Assembly (NCBI GenBank): GCA_964490125.1
Contig: CAZBAJ010000002.1
Coordinates: forward strand, 23,011 to 87,010
Direction of reading: 5' to 3'
DNA length: 64,000 nt
From: an uncultured Candidatus Saccharibacteria bacterium
GTDB lineage: Bacteria > Patescibacteriota > WWE3 > UBA101185 > UBA10185
The notes beneath the pieces were generated by a model. The model was not told the DNA's origin and made no database searches. It worked only from the letters and a program-made list of their open reading frames with translations. Shown piece by piece: positions 10,507-20,113 of the stretch (position 1 is the stretch's first letter; every line of letters starts with the position of its first letter). A program made the position numbers and the translations under genes.

Positions 10507-12315
10507 CTACGCCTTGCCCGCTATCTCCAAAGTTGGGATAAGTTCCCCCCTGGCGTCTACCGCGGTAATAGCAAATTTTAGTCCGCTCTTATTTTCTTTA
10601 TCTACTTCTATTGTGTACGACCCGTTAATAAGTGGTGTGGTGATGGCAAATTTACCTTGGGTGCTGGTTTTTACCGCCCTAACCACCTCACCCTTTTGAT
10701 TTCTTATTACAACCACTACTCCAGGTACGCCCACTTTACTGTCCTGATAGCTGGTGGTCACCATACCCCAAACAATATTAGGTACGCTTGGCGCATCATC
10801 AATTTGCGCCGGTTGTAGGGGGATTGGTTGGGGCTGGACCCTGGGCTCGCTTTGTTGTAGTACTTGCGCCTTACGCAACCTTTCTTCCTCCTCGCGTTGT
10901 TTTTTAAGCAAATCTTCCTTTTGTTGTCGTAACGCTTGTTCCTCTTGGCGCAACTTTTCTAGTCGTGCTTGTTCCTTAAATGCGTCCTCTCTTGCCTTGG
11001 CTTCTCTTTCCCGTATGGCACTCTCCTCTGCCCGCTTTTTTTCCAAAGCATCTTTTTCCTGCTGGTCCTGCGCTAACGCACTCTGGGCAAGTTTTTTGGT
11101 TTCCTCCTCCAGCGCGCGTCTCCTGGCTTCCTCTTGCTCTTTTAGCTTTTGTGCGGAAATTATTTGTTTTTGGACAAGTTCTTTGCTTTTAACGGAGTTA
11201 ATGAGCGCGTCCAACTCATCAATCTTTTGCTTTTCTCCCGCCTCAAACTCCTGCTCTTGCGTGCTTTTTAGCGTGCGCTCGCCCCGGATGGGTAAAACAA
11301 TCTCCCCCCTACTTGCCTCTTGGGAAAGATTAATAAACATTCTGCCTGCCCGCATATCCGGCGTAATGGTTGGCGAGTAATATCTGTTTGTCACTTGCGG
11401 TTGCGCAGGTAGTTTATATGCCTGAGTGCTAGCTCTGGCTTTAATTATCTCAACGGGTGGTTCTTGCGTTGGTACAGAATTTTGAGACTCCGGTTGTTTC
11501 TGCATTTGGGGTTCTTGGTTTGGTTGGACGACTTGGGGAGACGGCTCCGCTTGGTGTTTTTGTTCCACGAGCGTGGTTGTGGGCATAGGTGCTTTTAAGT
11601 CCGCTTGGTCGATCGAAGATGTAGTTCCCACAGGTAATTCTAACCGGGTAAGACTTTGTTGGGGTTGAACGCCGGGAGCAGGATTTTCCTGATCGTAGTC
11701 CTCTATAACCGTGGTGGTAACAATAGGCATGCCCAGTCCACCACCACTGCCACCGGCATTAACATCCGTGCCAAAACCCAGTCCACCGCCTTGCCCAGAA
11801 GTTGGCCAGTAGCTTGCGTTACTGTACGCCTCTTTAACCTTTAAAATAAAACCTTTTTCGTCAATGTCTAATTTGTCCACCGGCGCCTCTTGTTGTTCCA
11901 AATACGCCTCAATTTTTCTGCGACTGCTGGTGGGCGTTAAGGTTATAAGTTCACTTTTTAAGACATCTAGGTTTTGGTACAAAAACACGCTAGGGATATT
12001 TTCTTCTTTGCGGTAGACAAATTGGTTGGGTAAAAACATGGCGCGTAAAAAATTAACGATCCAAGTGTCCAGCCCCCTGTCGCCCAAAGGTAAAAACGCA
12101 AAGGCTAAACCCGTCCCCACAAAGAAAATTACAAACAGCCACTTAAAAATGACGGCTTGAATAGTCATAAAGCTTAAATACGCCAGCCCGCAAAAAATCA
12201 TTAAAAAGAAAAACTGCTTAAGCGTGAGATCGCCAATAATTTTAAATTCCACCGACATAATTGATTGCGGAATAGCGTGTTGCTTGTTGGTAGTTTGTTG
12301 TTCTCTAATGGGCAT
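10507..12315 (-). CDS. PrgI (VirB3-like) family protein with coiled coil and C-terminal beta-sandwich
   Basis: HAIPQ..EFKIIGDLTLKQF, two TM helices, charged coiled coil, VRAVKTSTQGKF. Confidence 0.85.
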   Translation of the reverse strand: MPIREQQTTNKQHAIPQSIMSVEFKIIGDLTLKQFFFLMIFCGLAYLSFMTIQAVIFKWLFVIFFVGTGLAFAFLPLGDRGLDTWIVNFLRAMFLPNQFVYRKEENIPSVFLYQNLDVLKSELITLTPTSSRRKIEAYLEQQEAPVDKLDIDEKGFILKVKEAYSNASYWPTSGQGGGLGFGTDVNAGGSGGGLGMPIVTTTVIEDYDQENPAPGVQPQQSLTRLELPVGTTSSIDQADLKAPMPTTTLVEQKHQAEPSPQVVQPNQEPQMQKQPESQNSVPTQEPPVEIIKARASTQAYKLPAQPQVTNRYYSPTITPDMRAGRMFINLSQEASRGEIVLPIRGERTLKSTQEQEFEAGEKQKIDELDALINSVKSKELVQKQIISAQKLKEQEEARRRALEEETKKLAQSALAQDQQEKDALEKKRAEESAIREREAKAREDAFKEQARLEKLRQEEQALRQQKEDLLKKQREEEERLRKAQVLQQSEPRVQPQPIPLQPAQIDDAPSVPNIVWGMVTTSYQDSKVGVPGVVVVIRNQKGEVVRAVKTSTQGKFAITTPLINGSYTIEVDKENKSGLKFAITAVDARGELIPTLEIAGKA

Positions 12316-12417
12316 AGTTTTGACGACTATTTTGGGCGCTCAAGCGTCCTGCGCTACAATTTATAATATCACAAAGTACGACGGGTTTGGGGATGGGGGT
12401 TGACGGGTATTTACGAC

Positions 12418-13776
12418 TTATCTTCTACCGCCGGGTTTTTTAGGATCGCCGTTGATGAAAGTTTCGACCTTGCCCGGCAGTTTTAGTGCTTGGATATAAC
12501 CAAATATTAAAAATACGGGCGTGAATACTACAGTCAGAATGGTTGCAGATAGTCCTGGGGCGAAGGATGTGGAAACAGACCCCGCCATTTTAAGAATTAT
12601 CGCGTCCACAACAGCTGCCATTGCAAACAAAGCCACATAGCCCGCCACATAGGAGACCGCCTTCTTGAACCACGATTGCATAGAACTTTCGTTACCAGGT
12701 ATAGCGCCAATTGCAAACTGGATGGGTGCAAAAACTATAGAAAACACTAGCTTCAGCATCATCAGCCACGCTTTTATTATAATGAAGATTTTAAGCACGA
12801 GAATCACTAACGCCAGTACTGCAACAATAACTAAGCCGGGTATCCCCAAGGCAAGACCGCTAGACAGAAGGTCGACAAACAGTATGCCTATGAGAATTCC
12901 CGTAGCCGCACCTTTGGATAAACTCAATGAACTGTAGATTACACCCTCTATTATTTGGGAAAGGTAGTGCATGCTAGAAGCAAGAACTGCACCTATGGGA
13001 TAGCTAAAAACGATTAATATTACAGCTAAAGCAATTCTAGGTATGGCGTATTGGGCAGTAACTACTGCTTGTGGAGAAAGCTTTTTTCTTGTCATTATCA
13101 TAACACCCACAGTTAACATCACGATGGACAAGATACCAAAAGAGATGTTTCTAAAGATCTTCCATATTCCCAGTAACGGTTCCATAATAGCGGGTAAGGA
13201 TCCGTATGTAACATCGGCAGCTAAAGCACTTCCAGCGAGAGGAATGTTTTTTATGCTGTCGTTCCAAAAAAGTGCAAGGTTGACAGGTACAGGTTCGGTT
13301 TTAATTCCGCCCTCCAATGTGTTTGCGATACCCAGCAAAGAGCCTGCTGTTCTAGTTTTGGTGTATGATAGCATCCCGCCTTGGGTGTTTAGCGCGTAAT
13401 CGTATGTTTCTGTGAAGTCAGAGCAATCTGCGCTCGTGTTTAAAGAAGGACACGCCCCCCCAGCTCCTACCATCGCATCGGCCCTAGCCTCTAGTCCAGG
13501 GTTACCCGAGTTTTTGAAGGCGCTGTAGGAACATTCCACCATCTCACTGGGGTTTCTAGCCGCTATTAATTGTATAGGTCCATCTGTAAGCGCGGTGACA
13601 ATCATGTTTTGGACAGTTTTTCTTATATCCAGTGCTTTAAAGGCGTTACCGATTTTTTGGAATATCGTTTGATCGGGTTTGCATAGGGGGTTATCTGCGG
13701 CAAAAGCCCGACCACCACCAAATGTCAAAAGTGAAAAAGAAACCGCAACTGCAAAAAGAAGTTTTCTAGTCGTCAT
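12418..13776 (-). CDS. Polytopic membrane protein, VirB6/TrbL-like
   Basis: Signal peptide, IWKIFRNISF, IFAPIQFAIGAIPG...SWFK; in T4SS cluster. Confidence 0.65.
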   Translation of the reverse strand: MTTRKLLFAVAVSFSLLTFGGGRAFAADNPLCKPDQTIFQKIGNAFKALDIRKTVQNMIVTALTDGPIQLIAARNPSEMVECSYSAFKNSGNPGLEARADAMVGAGGACPSLNTSADCSDFTETYDYALNTQGGMLSYTKTRTAGSLLGIANTLEGGIKTEPVPVNLALFWNDSIKNIPLAGSALAADVTYGSLPAIMEPLLGIWKIFRNISFGILSIVMLTVGVMIMTRKKLSPQAVVTAQYAIPRIALAVILIVFSYPIGAVLASSMHYLSQIIEGVIYSSLSLSKGAATGILIGILFVDLLSSGLALGIPGLVIVAVLALVILVLKIFIIIKAWLMMLKLVFSIVFAPIQFAIGAIPGNESSMQSWFKKAVSYVAGYVALFAMAAVVDAIILKMAGSVSTSFAPGLSATILTVVFTPVFLIFGYIQALKLPGKVETFINGDPKKPGGRR

Positions 13777-13840
13777 ACCTAAAATAAAGTATTTCACAGC
13801 GTTTATACAAAATCAAGTGCTTTTAGTATAAAATGAATTT

Positions 13841-16800
13841 ATGCCAAGTAGCAATCCGTTATGGTTTGGATATTATCCGGGTGATCGACCCATACCTAAA
13901 CGACCCGATCAGCGCTTTCCCACCCCACAAGTAGATATGAGCGATATGGGTTTGAACGCAGCGTTGGATGAGGCGATTAACGCAGTAGAAGCACCTGCTA
14001 ATTTACCAAAACAACTTTGGGATTGGCATTCAGCGGATTGGAAGCAGAAGTTTTTAGTAACAGGCGTCGCGTATAAGCAAAGTGGTGGGGAAATTCTTGA
14101 GTACGATCCTCAGGAAGGTGCAGATGTAAAAGGAGTAAATCCAGCCCTTAACCTCTACGGTTTGGTTACAGATCCCAAAAAAGAATTAGGCAAAATGTGG
14201 GGTACTATGATCAACCCACTTAACCCTTTTGCTGGTATGGGGACACTCGAGGGGGAGTTTTGGACGGATTTAGATACCACTGTGGAGAAGGATATGTGGT
14301 CCAGACTTTTGGGCTACAGGGGCTCGGCTGTAGGCGGTAGTGATCCTCTTGGTTACGCTTGGGCAGAATCGGCTTTTGCTGGACCGGGTGGTGCCAAGCT
14401 TAACTTAAAAGGCCAGGGAATCTATAAGGACGAAGTAATTTATGTTACCGATACCTCAGCAAGGGGTTTGGTCTCAGATAAATTAGCTGTTACAGGGAAA
14501 ACCGATGCTTACGACGAACTTGCAGGTAACATAATGGGTTTCGTTGCAGGCAAAAAATCTGTTATCAGAAGAAACCCATCCTTTACTTCAATGCAGACAT
14601 CGTTTATAGAAGCTGCTGCAACAGAATTAGGTCAAAAAAGAACCGCAATTAGAACTACGGCATTTGCTCACGGAGGTGCTGGTCTGGCGGACGGTATAGA
14701 TATACGAATTGCCGACTTCCTTTACGAAGCCGACATTATAACTAATCTCGAGGGTTTTAGTTCCGGGATGGCGAATTTTGGGAAATTAGTATCTAAGAAC
14801 GGTATAACCGGACCGGCAGGGAGTGCCCTGTACAGTGGAACCACCGATCTTGACGCCTCTGTTAGATCGATGAGGGACGCTATTGATGTGGCTAGAAATG
14901 GAAGAGGTCCGGTGCGCGGATTGTCGGTTCCTCAACGCGCTTTATTTGACAGAGATATTAAAGGTATAGAGGGGGTTTTGGATAGAGTAGAGGCTTTTAG
15001 CACTAAAATCAAAAACAACGGCTCTACATGGGTTCCTGGGATGAATGAGACTCAAGCCGTGTTAAGCGAACTAAACACGATAACCGGATCTTTAAATAAC
15101 CTGAGGTACGGTGCTGGTTCTCAGGGTAGCTACTTAATGTCTGTAACAAGAAGATATTTTAGAGGTGATGCGTCGCTTCTTAAAACAGGATCTTCTTCTT
15201 TGCTTGGTTCTGGTGGGGCACCGGGTCTTTTAACCGATGGGTATAAATCTTTAGACGCCCTTTACCCCTATCTAGAGCGGATGTACATGTATGAGGATGG
15301 AAGGGATATTCTGCAAACTATCGCCAAGGGAAACTTTCCAAAGGTCTACGCCTGGTGGGGTCAGATCAATGTAAGGGTTCAGCACTATACGCCAGCATAC
15401 TGGACGGGGAGAATCATGAATAGCACCCACATGCTTGGTTTAGACTACGATTCTGATTGGGATGGGCACGAGGTTCTTTCGATCTTTAAGCCGGGTAAAA
15501 ATCCGTTATTGAGACAAAATAAGTTTGATTTAAGTTATGCGACTATGGGAGGGTCTGTTTCCAAACTTCAAGTTAATGGGGGACTGTATCTAGGTACTGC
15601 TAATAACGCATGGAATGCCCTTACTGACGGAAAATTAGTAGGAATTGTAGGTGGCGGTTCTACAGCTTACGCAGGCACTGCAGTGCAAAAACAGGCATTT
15701 TTTGACTTTATTAACGGCAAAGGTAACGATTTCTTAACATCCAACGCCGGTATGTCGTATGTGGCAGTTTTTGGCAAAAACCCGACAAAAGGGCAAGCTC
15801 AAGCGCTGGAGTTTAAAGACTTTTTGGTCAGAAATTCCAGCCAACTAGGTTTGACCCTAACCGGCTCGGAAATCGCCAACACCCCCCAAAACGAAGTGGC
15901 TCTGAAAGATTTTTTTAAAGCCCTTAATCAGCACAAGGCCAACCCAGGCACTCTTGATTACACGGCTAAATATTTCGGTGGTTTGCAGTGGCTTTCTGCA
16001 AAGCTTACAGGCGTCCAGCAAATCATGTTTAACAAGGTAGGAAAGTTCTTTGCTCCTGTTGTTTATGCCAAGAACGCGATAATCAAAAAAGTAGCTGACT
16101 TTGGGGCAAAAGTAGCCGCCAAATTACTAGCCAAAGCTGGTATAACGGCTGCCCTAGGAGCGGCTACTGGAGGTATTGCTACAGTCTTGGCTCCGCTAAT
16201 AGAAAAAGTCCTTCAGGCTACTTTGTCAAAAATAGCAGACAAGAGCAAGGAGTTAATAAGAGCGGTTATCAAGGGAAATTTTACCCAAGCGCTAGACAAT
16301 ATGATGAACGATGCCATGAAGGCTACCGAAAAAGTAATTACCTGCGGTTGTTTTGTCCCATTATTTTTAGCCTTTGCCGGGTTTATGATGATGGCAAATA
16401 TAATAGTATCCATCTCGCCTGTGGATAGGGCTAAAAGCACCGCAAGTTCTGCATCCGCCGGTGGAACCCCCTTTACTACACCGCCTCCTGTTGCATCCGG
16501 CGTTAATTGTCCGCTTCAAGGTGCCAGTCTTACACTAGGTTCTTATACGGTAGGTGGCGGTTATGCCAACGCAGCAGGTCATGGTTCTAGATACTACTGG
16601 GAAAGAATATTTGGAGGTGGTACTACTTCTCTTTTTTCCATTCCTTATTTAGGTTCTCCTCGCGGATTTACCTGTCCAGGAGGATACTGTTCCCCTAATG
16701 ATTCCGCGCCGTATGAGGTTGAAAACCCCATGAACATGCCTGGCGCACCCTCTAAAGCTTTAAACTCCACGCCATACTATGGCTATGCGGGTGACTTTGC

Positions 16801-17119
16801 TAGCGGAAATCATAATGTAAACGCACCGGGGCGTATTTCCTGCGGGGGTGTTGACACGGCCGTTACTTCTTGGCAAGTTACCGGTACAGTTTCCACCAGC
16901 TATGGTTGTGGAGTAGTAATGAGTAGCACGCCCGCTAGATACAGAATATTTCTTTTACATTTAAATACCTGCGGTGGAGGTGGGTGTTCTTGTTATTCCG
17001 GAACAACCTATAATGCTGGCGATGGTATAACCACCTTATGGTCTACAAACCCGCATGTACACATAGAGCTCACGGATGCCGGTACCCCACAAAGACCAGA
17101 AAGTTGTGTATGCAGATAA
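13841..17119 (+). CDS. Large membrane-anchored protein with Cys-rich, M23-peptidase-like C-terminus
   Basis: 1092 aa; Ala/Gly-rich hydrophobic segment and TM helix near aa 750-860; tail YAGDF...LLHLN...AGD..PHVHIEL. Confidence 0.6.
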   Translation: MPSSNPLWFGYYPGDRPIPKRPDQRFPTPQVDMSDMGLNAALDEAINAVEAPANLPKQLWDWHSADWKQKFLVTGVAYKQSGGEILEYDPQEGADVKGVNPALNLYGLVTDPKKELGKMWGTMINPLNPFAGMGTLEGEFWTDLDTTVEKDMWSRLLGYRGSAVGGSDPLGYAWAESAFAGPGGAKLNLKGQGIYKDEVIYVTDTSARGLVSDKLAVTGKTDAYDELAGNIMGFVAGKKSVIRRNPSFTSMQTSFIEAAATELGQKRTAIRTTAFAHGGAGLADGIDIRIADFLYEADIITNLEGFSSGMANFGKLVSKNGITGPAGSALYSGTTDLDASVRSMRDAIDVARNGRGPVRGLSVPQRALFDRDIKGIEGVLDRVEAFSTKIKNNGSTWVPGMNETQAVLSELNTITGSLNNLRYGAGSQGSYLMSVTRRYFRGDASLLKTGSSSLLGSGGAPGLLTDGYKSLDALYPYLERMYMYEDGRDILQTIAKGNFPKVYAWWGQINVRVQHYTPAYWTGRIMNSTHMLGLDYDSDWDGHEVLSIFKPGKNPLLRQNKFDLSYATMGGSVSKLQVNGGLYLGTANNAWNALTDGKLVGIVGGGSTAYAGTAVQKQAFFDFINGKGNDFLTSNAGMSYVAVFGKNPTKGQAQALEFKDFLVRNSSQLGLTLTGSEIANTPQNEVALKDFFKALNQHKANPGTLDYTAKYFGGLQWLSAKLTGVQQIMFNKVGKFFAPVVYAKNAIIKKVADFGAKVAAKLLAKAGITAALGAATGGIATVLAPLIEKVLQATLSKIADKSKELIRAVIKGNFTQALDNMMNDAMKATEKVITCGCFVPLFLAFAGFMMMANIIVSISPVDRAKSTASSASAGGTPFTTPPPVASGVNCPLQGASLTLGSYTVGGGYANAAGHGSRYYWERIFGGGTTSLFSIPYLGSPRGFTCPGGYCSPNDSAPYEVENPMNMPGAPSKALNSTPYYGYAGDFASGNHNVNAPGRISCGGVDTAVTSWQVTGTVSTSYGCGVVMSSTPARYRIFLLHLNTCGGGGCSCYSGTTYNAGDGITTLWSTNPHVHIELTDAGTPQRPESCVCR

Positions 17120-17140
17120 TTTTTGTGGTAGGTTAGATAT

Positions 17141-17638
17141 ATGAAAAAATTGACTAGAAAAAAGCTAATGTTATTTACCGGGTTGGGCTTGTTACTAGTC
17201 TTTGTTATTATAGCCATTCTAACATTAAGAAATAAGAAACCCGGTGTTGTTATTCCTCCCATCGGTTCTAGCGTCGTGCCTCCAGTTGTCACTACCGCGC
17301 CTGCGTTAACCCTAATAAGTGTAGATCCGCCTTCAGGTAAGCGGGAATCTATCGATGGTTTTACACCAACAGCATTTAAGTTTTCGGCGCCCGTGGATCA
17401 ATCGTCTGTAAAAGCTTCCACAAGTCCAACGAACCTTTTGCGTATCACAGTTTTTCCAGAAAAGCCCGATACAGTATTTGTAGAGCCACAAAAAACAGCA
17501 TGGCAAACCGGCGTCGAGTATGTTATTACCATCAAGGCTGGGTTAAGAGGTACTAGTGGTGAGGAGTTAAAAGAAGATATTGTATACAGTTTCTCCAATA
17601 CTCCTCCGGAATTTATTGAACTTACAAACCCTATTTAA
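17141..17638 (+). CDS. Membrane-anchored Ig-like (SbsA/Big_5-type) protein
   Basis: N-terminal TM; SVDPPSG, FKFSAPVD, WQTGVEYVITIKAGL. Confidence 0.75.
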   Translation: MKKLTRKKLMLFTGLGLLLVFVIIAILTLRNKKPGVVIPPIGSSVVPPVVTTAPALTLISVDPPSGKRESIDGFTPTAFKFSAPVDQSSVKASTSPTNLLRITVFPEKPDTVFVEPQKTAWQTGVEYVITIKAGLRGTSGEELKEDIVYSFSNTPPEFIELTNPI

Positions 17639-17639
17639 T

Positions 17640-18107
17640 TTAAGGGGCGGAGACGCCAAATTTCTCCAGCAGTCGTGCAAGATTTTTGCTTAAAGTGTCA
17701 AACGGATTTAGAATTCCCGCGTCAAGCCCTAAAATATTTTTAAGAATTGTGAGGATAGTCCAAACTCCAATAACCACCAAAAATCCAACAAGCGCCATGG
17801 TTAAAGTTTGTTGGGACGCCTGCAAAGCCTTGGGGTCGCCCTGTGAAAGAGCGTATTTAATAGCGGCAACAAATACAAACATTACAAAAAAGGCGGCTGC
17901 GGAGTAGACAAAAACATTCATCAATCTGGCAATTGGACAAAGTATTGCCATGGGCGATGGCGCCTTTTCCCAGTTTGTACTTTCTAACTCTGCGCAGGTG
18001 CTTTGGTAGACATTGTTCACCCCGGCATGGGCTGGATTAGTTAGTCCAACAAACACCGTCATACAAACTACAAATAATGTTAGTGTTTTAAAAGTTTGGT
18101 GTAGCAT
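17640..18107 (-). CDS. T4SS pilin (VirB2/TrbC-like)
   Basis: Signal peptide, KYALSQGDPKALQASQQTLTMALVG hairpin. Confidence 0.85.
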   Translation of the reverse strand: MLHQTFKTLTLFVVCMTVFVGLTNPAHAGVNNVYQSTCAELESTNWEKAPSPMAILCPIARLMNVFVYSAAAFFVMFVFVAAIKYALSQGDPKALQASQQTLTMALVGFLVVIGVWTILTILKNILGLDAGILNPFDTLSKNLARLLEKFGVSAP

Positions 18108-18435
18108 TCCACAAGTCTCCATAATCCCCGCCAATTACATTAAAGACAATAGTTTTTACAGTAAAGGCGCCTATAGCCAAAACAAAAGCTACTACAGCAA
18201 AAGTTAGTGCTTGTTGGGCGGACGCTTTGGCTTTGGGGTCGCCTTTGGCGGTTACAAATTTTATGCCCGACATAATAATGGCGATAATAGAGATGGCTAA
18301 AGTTACACCTAGTAGAATATTTAGTCCCACTCCTAAAAAGTCGCTTACATTATTATAACCCGCGGTTCTGTCGGGGGCGTTAGGCGCCCAAGGTTTTAGG
18401 AATTGAAATACATCATTATCTGCTGCGTAAACCAT
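18088..18435 (-). CDS. T4SS pilin (VirB2/TrbC-like)
   Basis: GIKFVTAKGDPKAKASAQQALTFAVV. Confidence 0.88.
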   Translation of the reverse strand: MVYAADNDVFQFLKPWAPNAPDRTAGYNNVSDFLGVGLNILLGVTLAISIIAIIMSGIKFVTAKGDPKAKASAQQALTFAVVAFVLAIGAFTVKTIVFNVIGGDYGDLWNATPNF

Positions 18436-18491
18436 AACAAAGCTAGAATGACATAAAAGGGCGTATTTTGCAATAATTTTTAAGGACGACT

Positions 18492-18517
18492 AAAAACCCC
18501 GCCTGTTGGCGGGGTTT
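18492..18517 (-). terminator. Intrinsic terminator after the pilin pair
   Basis: AAACCCCGCC-TGTT-GGCGGGGTTT stem with a U-tract on the minus strand. Confidence 0.8.
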
Positions 18518-18540
18518 AAAAGTCAAATTAGACTAATGGC

Positions 18541-18894
18541 TTAGTAATCTCCGTATCTGACAACATTTCCTACATCAAGATTACCGGTTTTTCCGATAAC
18601 ATTAAGTAAAATTGTTCTAATAGTGAAGGCGCCAATAACTACAATAAAACCAATTACTGCATTGGTAAGGGATTCCCTAGCAGCACCAGCGGCTTTCTGA
18701 TCTCCTCTAGCTGTAATGTACTGAATACCACCAAGAATCAAAAAGATAATTGTGACAGCAATACCTACACCCAATACCACATTAACTAAGAAACCGAACA
18801 CATCGGCAAGGTCGTTAAATGGAAGGTTAATTCTTTGTGCGGTCCTTGCTGTTTCCGCAAAAACATAGCCTGTTAAAACATCCAAATTTGTCAT
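18541..18894 (-). CDS. T4SS pilin (VirB2/TrbC-like)
   Basis: GGIQYITARGDQKAAGAARESLTNAVIG; strong SD GGAGGTG upstream. Confidence 0.9.
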   Translation of the reverse strand: MTNLDVLTGYVFAETARTAQRINLPFNDLADVFGFLVNVVLGVGIAVTIIFLILGGIQYITARGDQKAAGAARESLTNAVIGFIVVIGAFTIRTILLNVIGKTGNLDVGNVVRYGDY

Positions 18895-19151
18895 TAATGG
18901 TTACACCTCCCCTCCAAACCGTTAGAAGTTTACAATCTCATTCACTTTTAATTCAGCCTCGTTGGTTCCACCTATAACATTAATAAGAATAAGCCTAATA
19001 GTGAAGGCGCCAATAACTACAATAAAACCAATTACTGCATTGGTAAGGGATTCCCTAGCAGCACCAGCGGCTTTCTGATCTCCTCTAGCTGTAATGTACT
19101 GAATACCACCAAGAATCAAAAAGATAATTGTGACAGCAATACCTACACCCA
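18617..19151. repeat. 157-bp identical direct repeat shared by two pilin genes
   Basis: 18617-18773 equals 18995-19151 by manual comparison. Confidence 0.9.
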
Positions 19152-19272
19152 GCACAACATTAATAAGGAACCCAAAGACATCTGCTAAATTATTGAACGG
19201 TAAATTTATTCTTTGGACAGTAGTGTTGGTAGCTGCCTGTACAAACCCCGTTATAAGATCTTGTAGATACAT
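18922..19272 (-). CDS. T4SS pilin (VirB2/TrbC-like)
   Basis: Paralog of 18541-18894 with identical core. Confidence 0.9.
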   Translation of the reverse strand: MYLQDLITGFVQAATNTTVQRINLPFNNLADVFGFLINVVLGVGIAVTIIFLILGGIQYITARGDQKAAGAARESLTNAVIGFIVVIGAFTIRLILINVIGGTNEAELKVNEIVNF

Positions 19273-19304
19273 AATTTTCCTTTCTTAAAATTTGTCTAAA
19301 TTTA

Positions 19305-20042
19305 CTATGTACTAAACGGATCGGTGTCTCCGGTGATAAGGGCTTTTATAATTACCCTTAAGATGGAAACCGCCATCAATACAAATATTAAGCCAATTAT
19401 TGCGGATGTCAAGTTTTCTTTGCCGGTCTGAAGTTCTTGGGGGTTTCCTTGACTGGTCATTATTTTGTAGCCAGCCAGGATGATGATGAAAATTCCCACT
19501 ATAATTATGATGGGGATCATAATTCCGTTGATAAGGTTAAACAGCTCGATTAACTCGTCGTTCGCGTCCTCACAGGTACAGGTTTGACCGGGTATTGTGC
19601 CAGACACTTTAGGAAATTGACCGGGATTACAGTTTTGTGTAACACTTCCGCTCGCGTCTACTGCGCAGGTGCCTGCAGGCAGACCCCCTCCGGGTGGTGG
19701 TGCTGGGGGCGGTACAGCTGGAACACCCACACTTACGCATAAGCCTGCAAAAGTGCACCTGTAGAGAAGATTTGGCATAGGCGATGTTTGTGAACATTCT
19801 GCGGGTACAGTTGTACGCAAGAACGCTTCCACCCAACCCTTAAATGTTGCGGGACAGGCATATCCGGGATCACAGTTTTCAGTTACCGACGCACATGCTG
19901 GCCATGGAGGGTTGCTTACAGGTCTAGTACAATCGACCGCAACACACTCGTTAACTGCGTGAACCGCATTGTTTTGACTTAAACCGAATAAAACCGTTAA
20001 GATAAAAGTTACGCCAATCTTGCGATAAACATGCAACTTCAT
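19305..20042 (-). CDS. Pilin-domain protein with Cys/Pro-rich extracellular N-domain
   Basis: Signal peptide, Cys-rich segment, GYKIMTSQGNPQELQTGKENLTSAIIG. Confidence 0.85.
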   Translation of the reverse strand: MKLHVYRKIGVTFILTVLFGLSQNNAVHAVNECVAVDCTRPVSNPPWPACASVTENCDPGYACPATFKGWVEAFLRTTVPAECSQTSPMPNLLYRCTFAGLCVSVGVPAVPPPAPPPGGGLPAGTCAVDASGSVTQNCNPGQFPKVSGTIPGQTCTCEDANDELIELFNLINGIMIPIIIIVGIFIIILAGYKIMTSQGNPQELQTGKENLTSAIIGLIFVLMAVSILRVIIKALITGDTDPFST

Positions 20043-20113
20043 GTTAAGATTATCCTTATCCTTGTTCTAATAGTCAATGCCCGTGCAGAAAATCCTGTTA
20101 TAATAAGTCCGCC

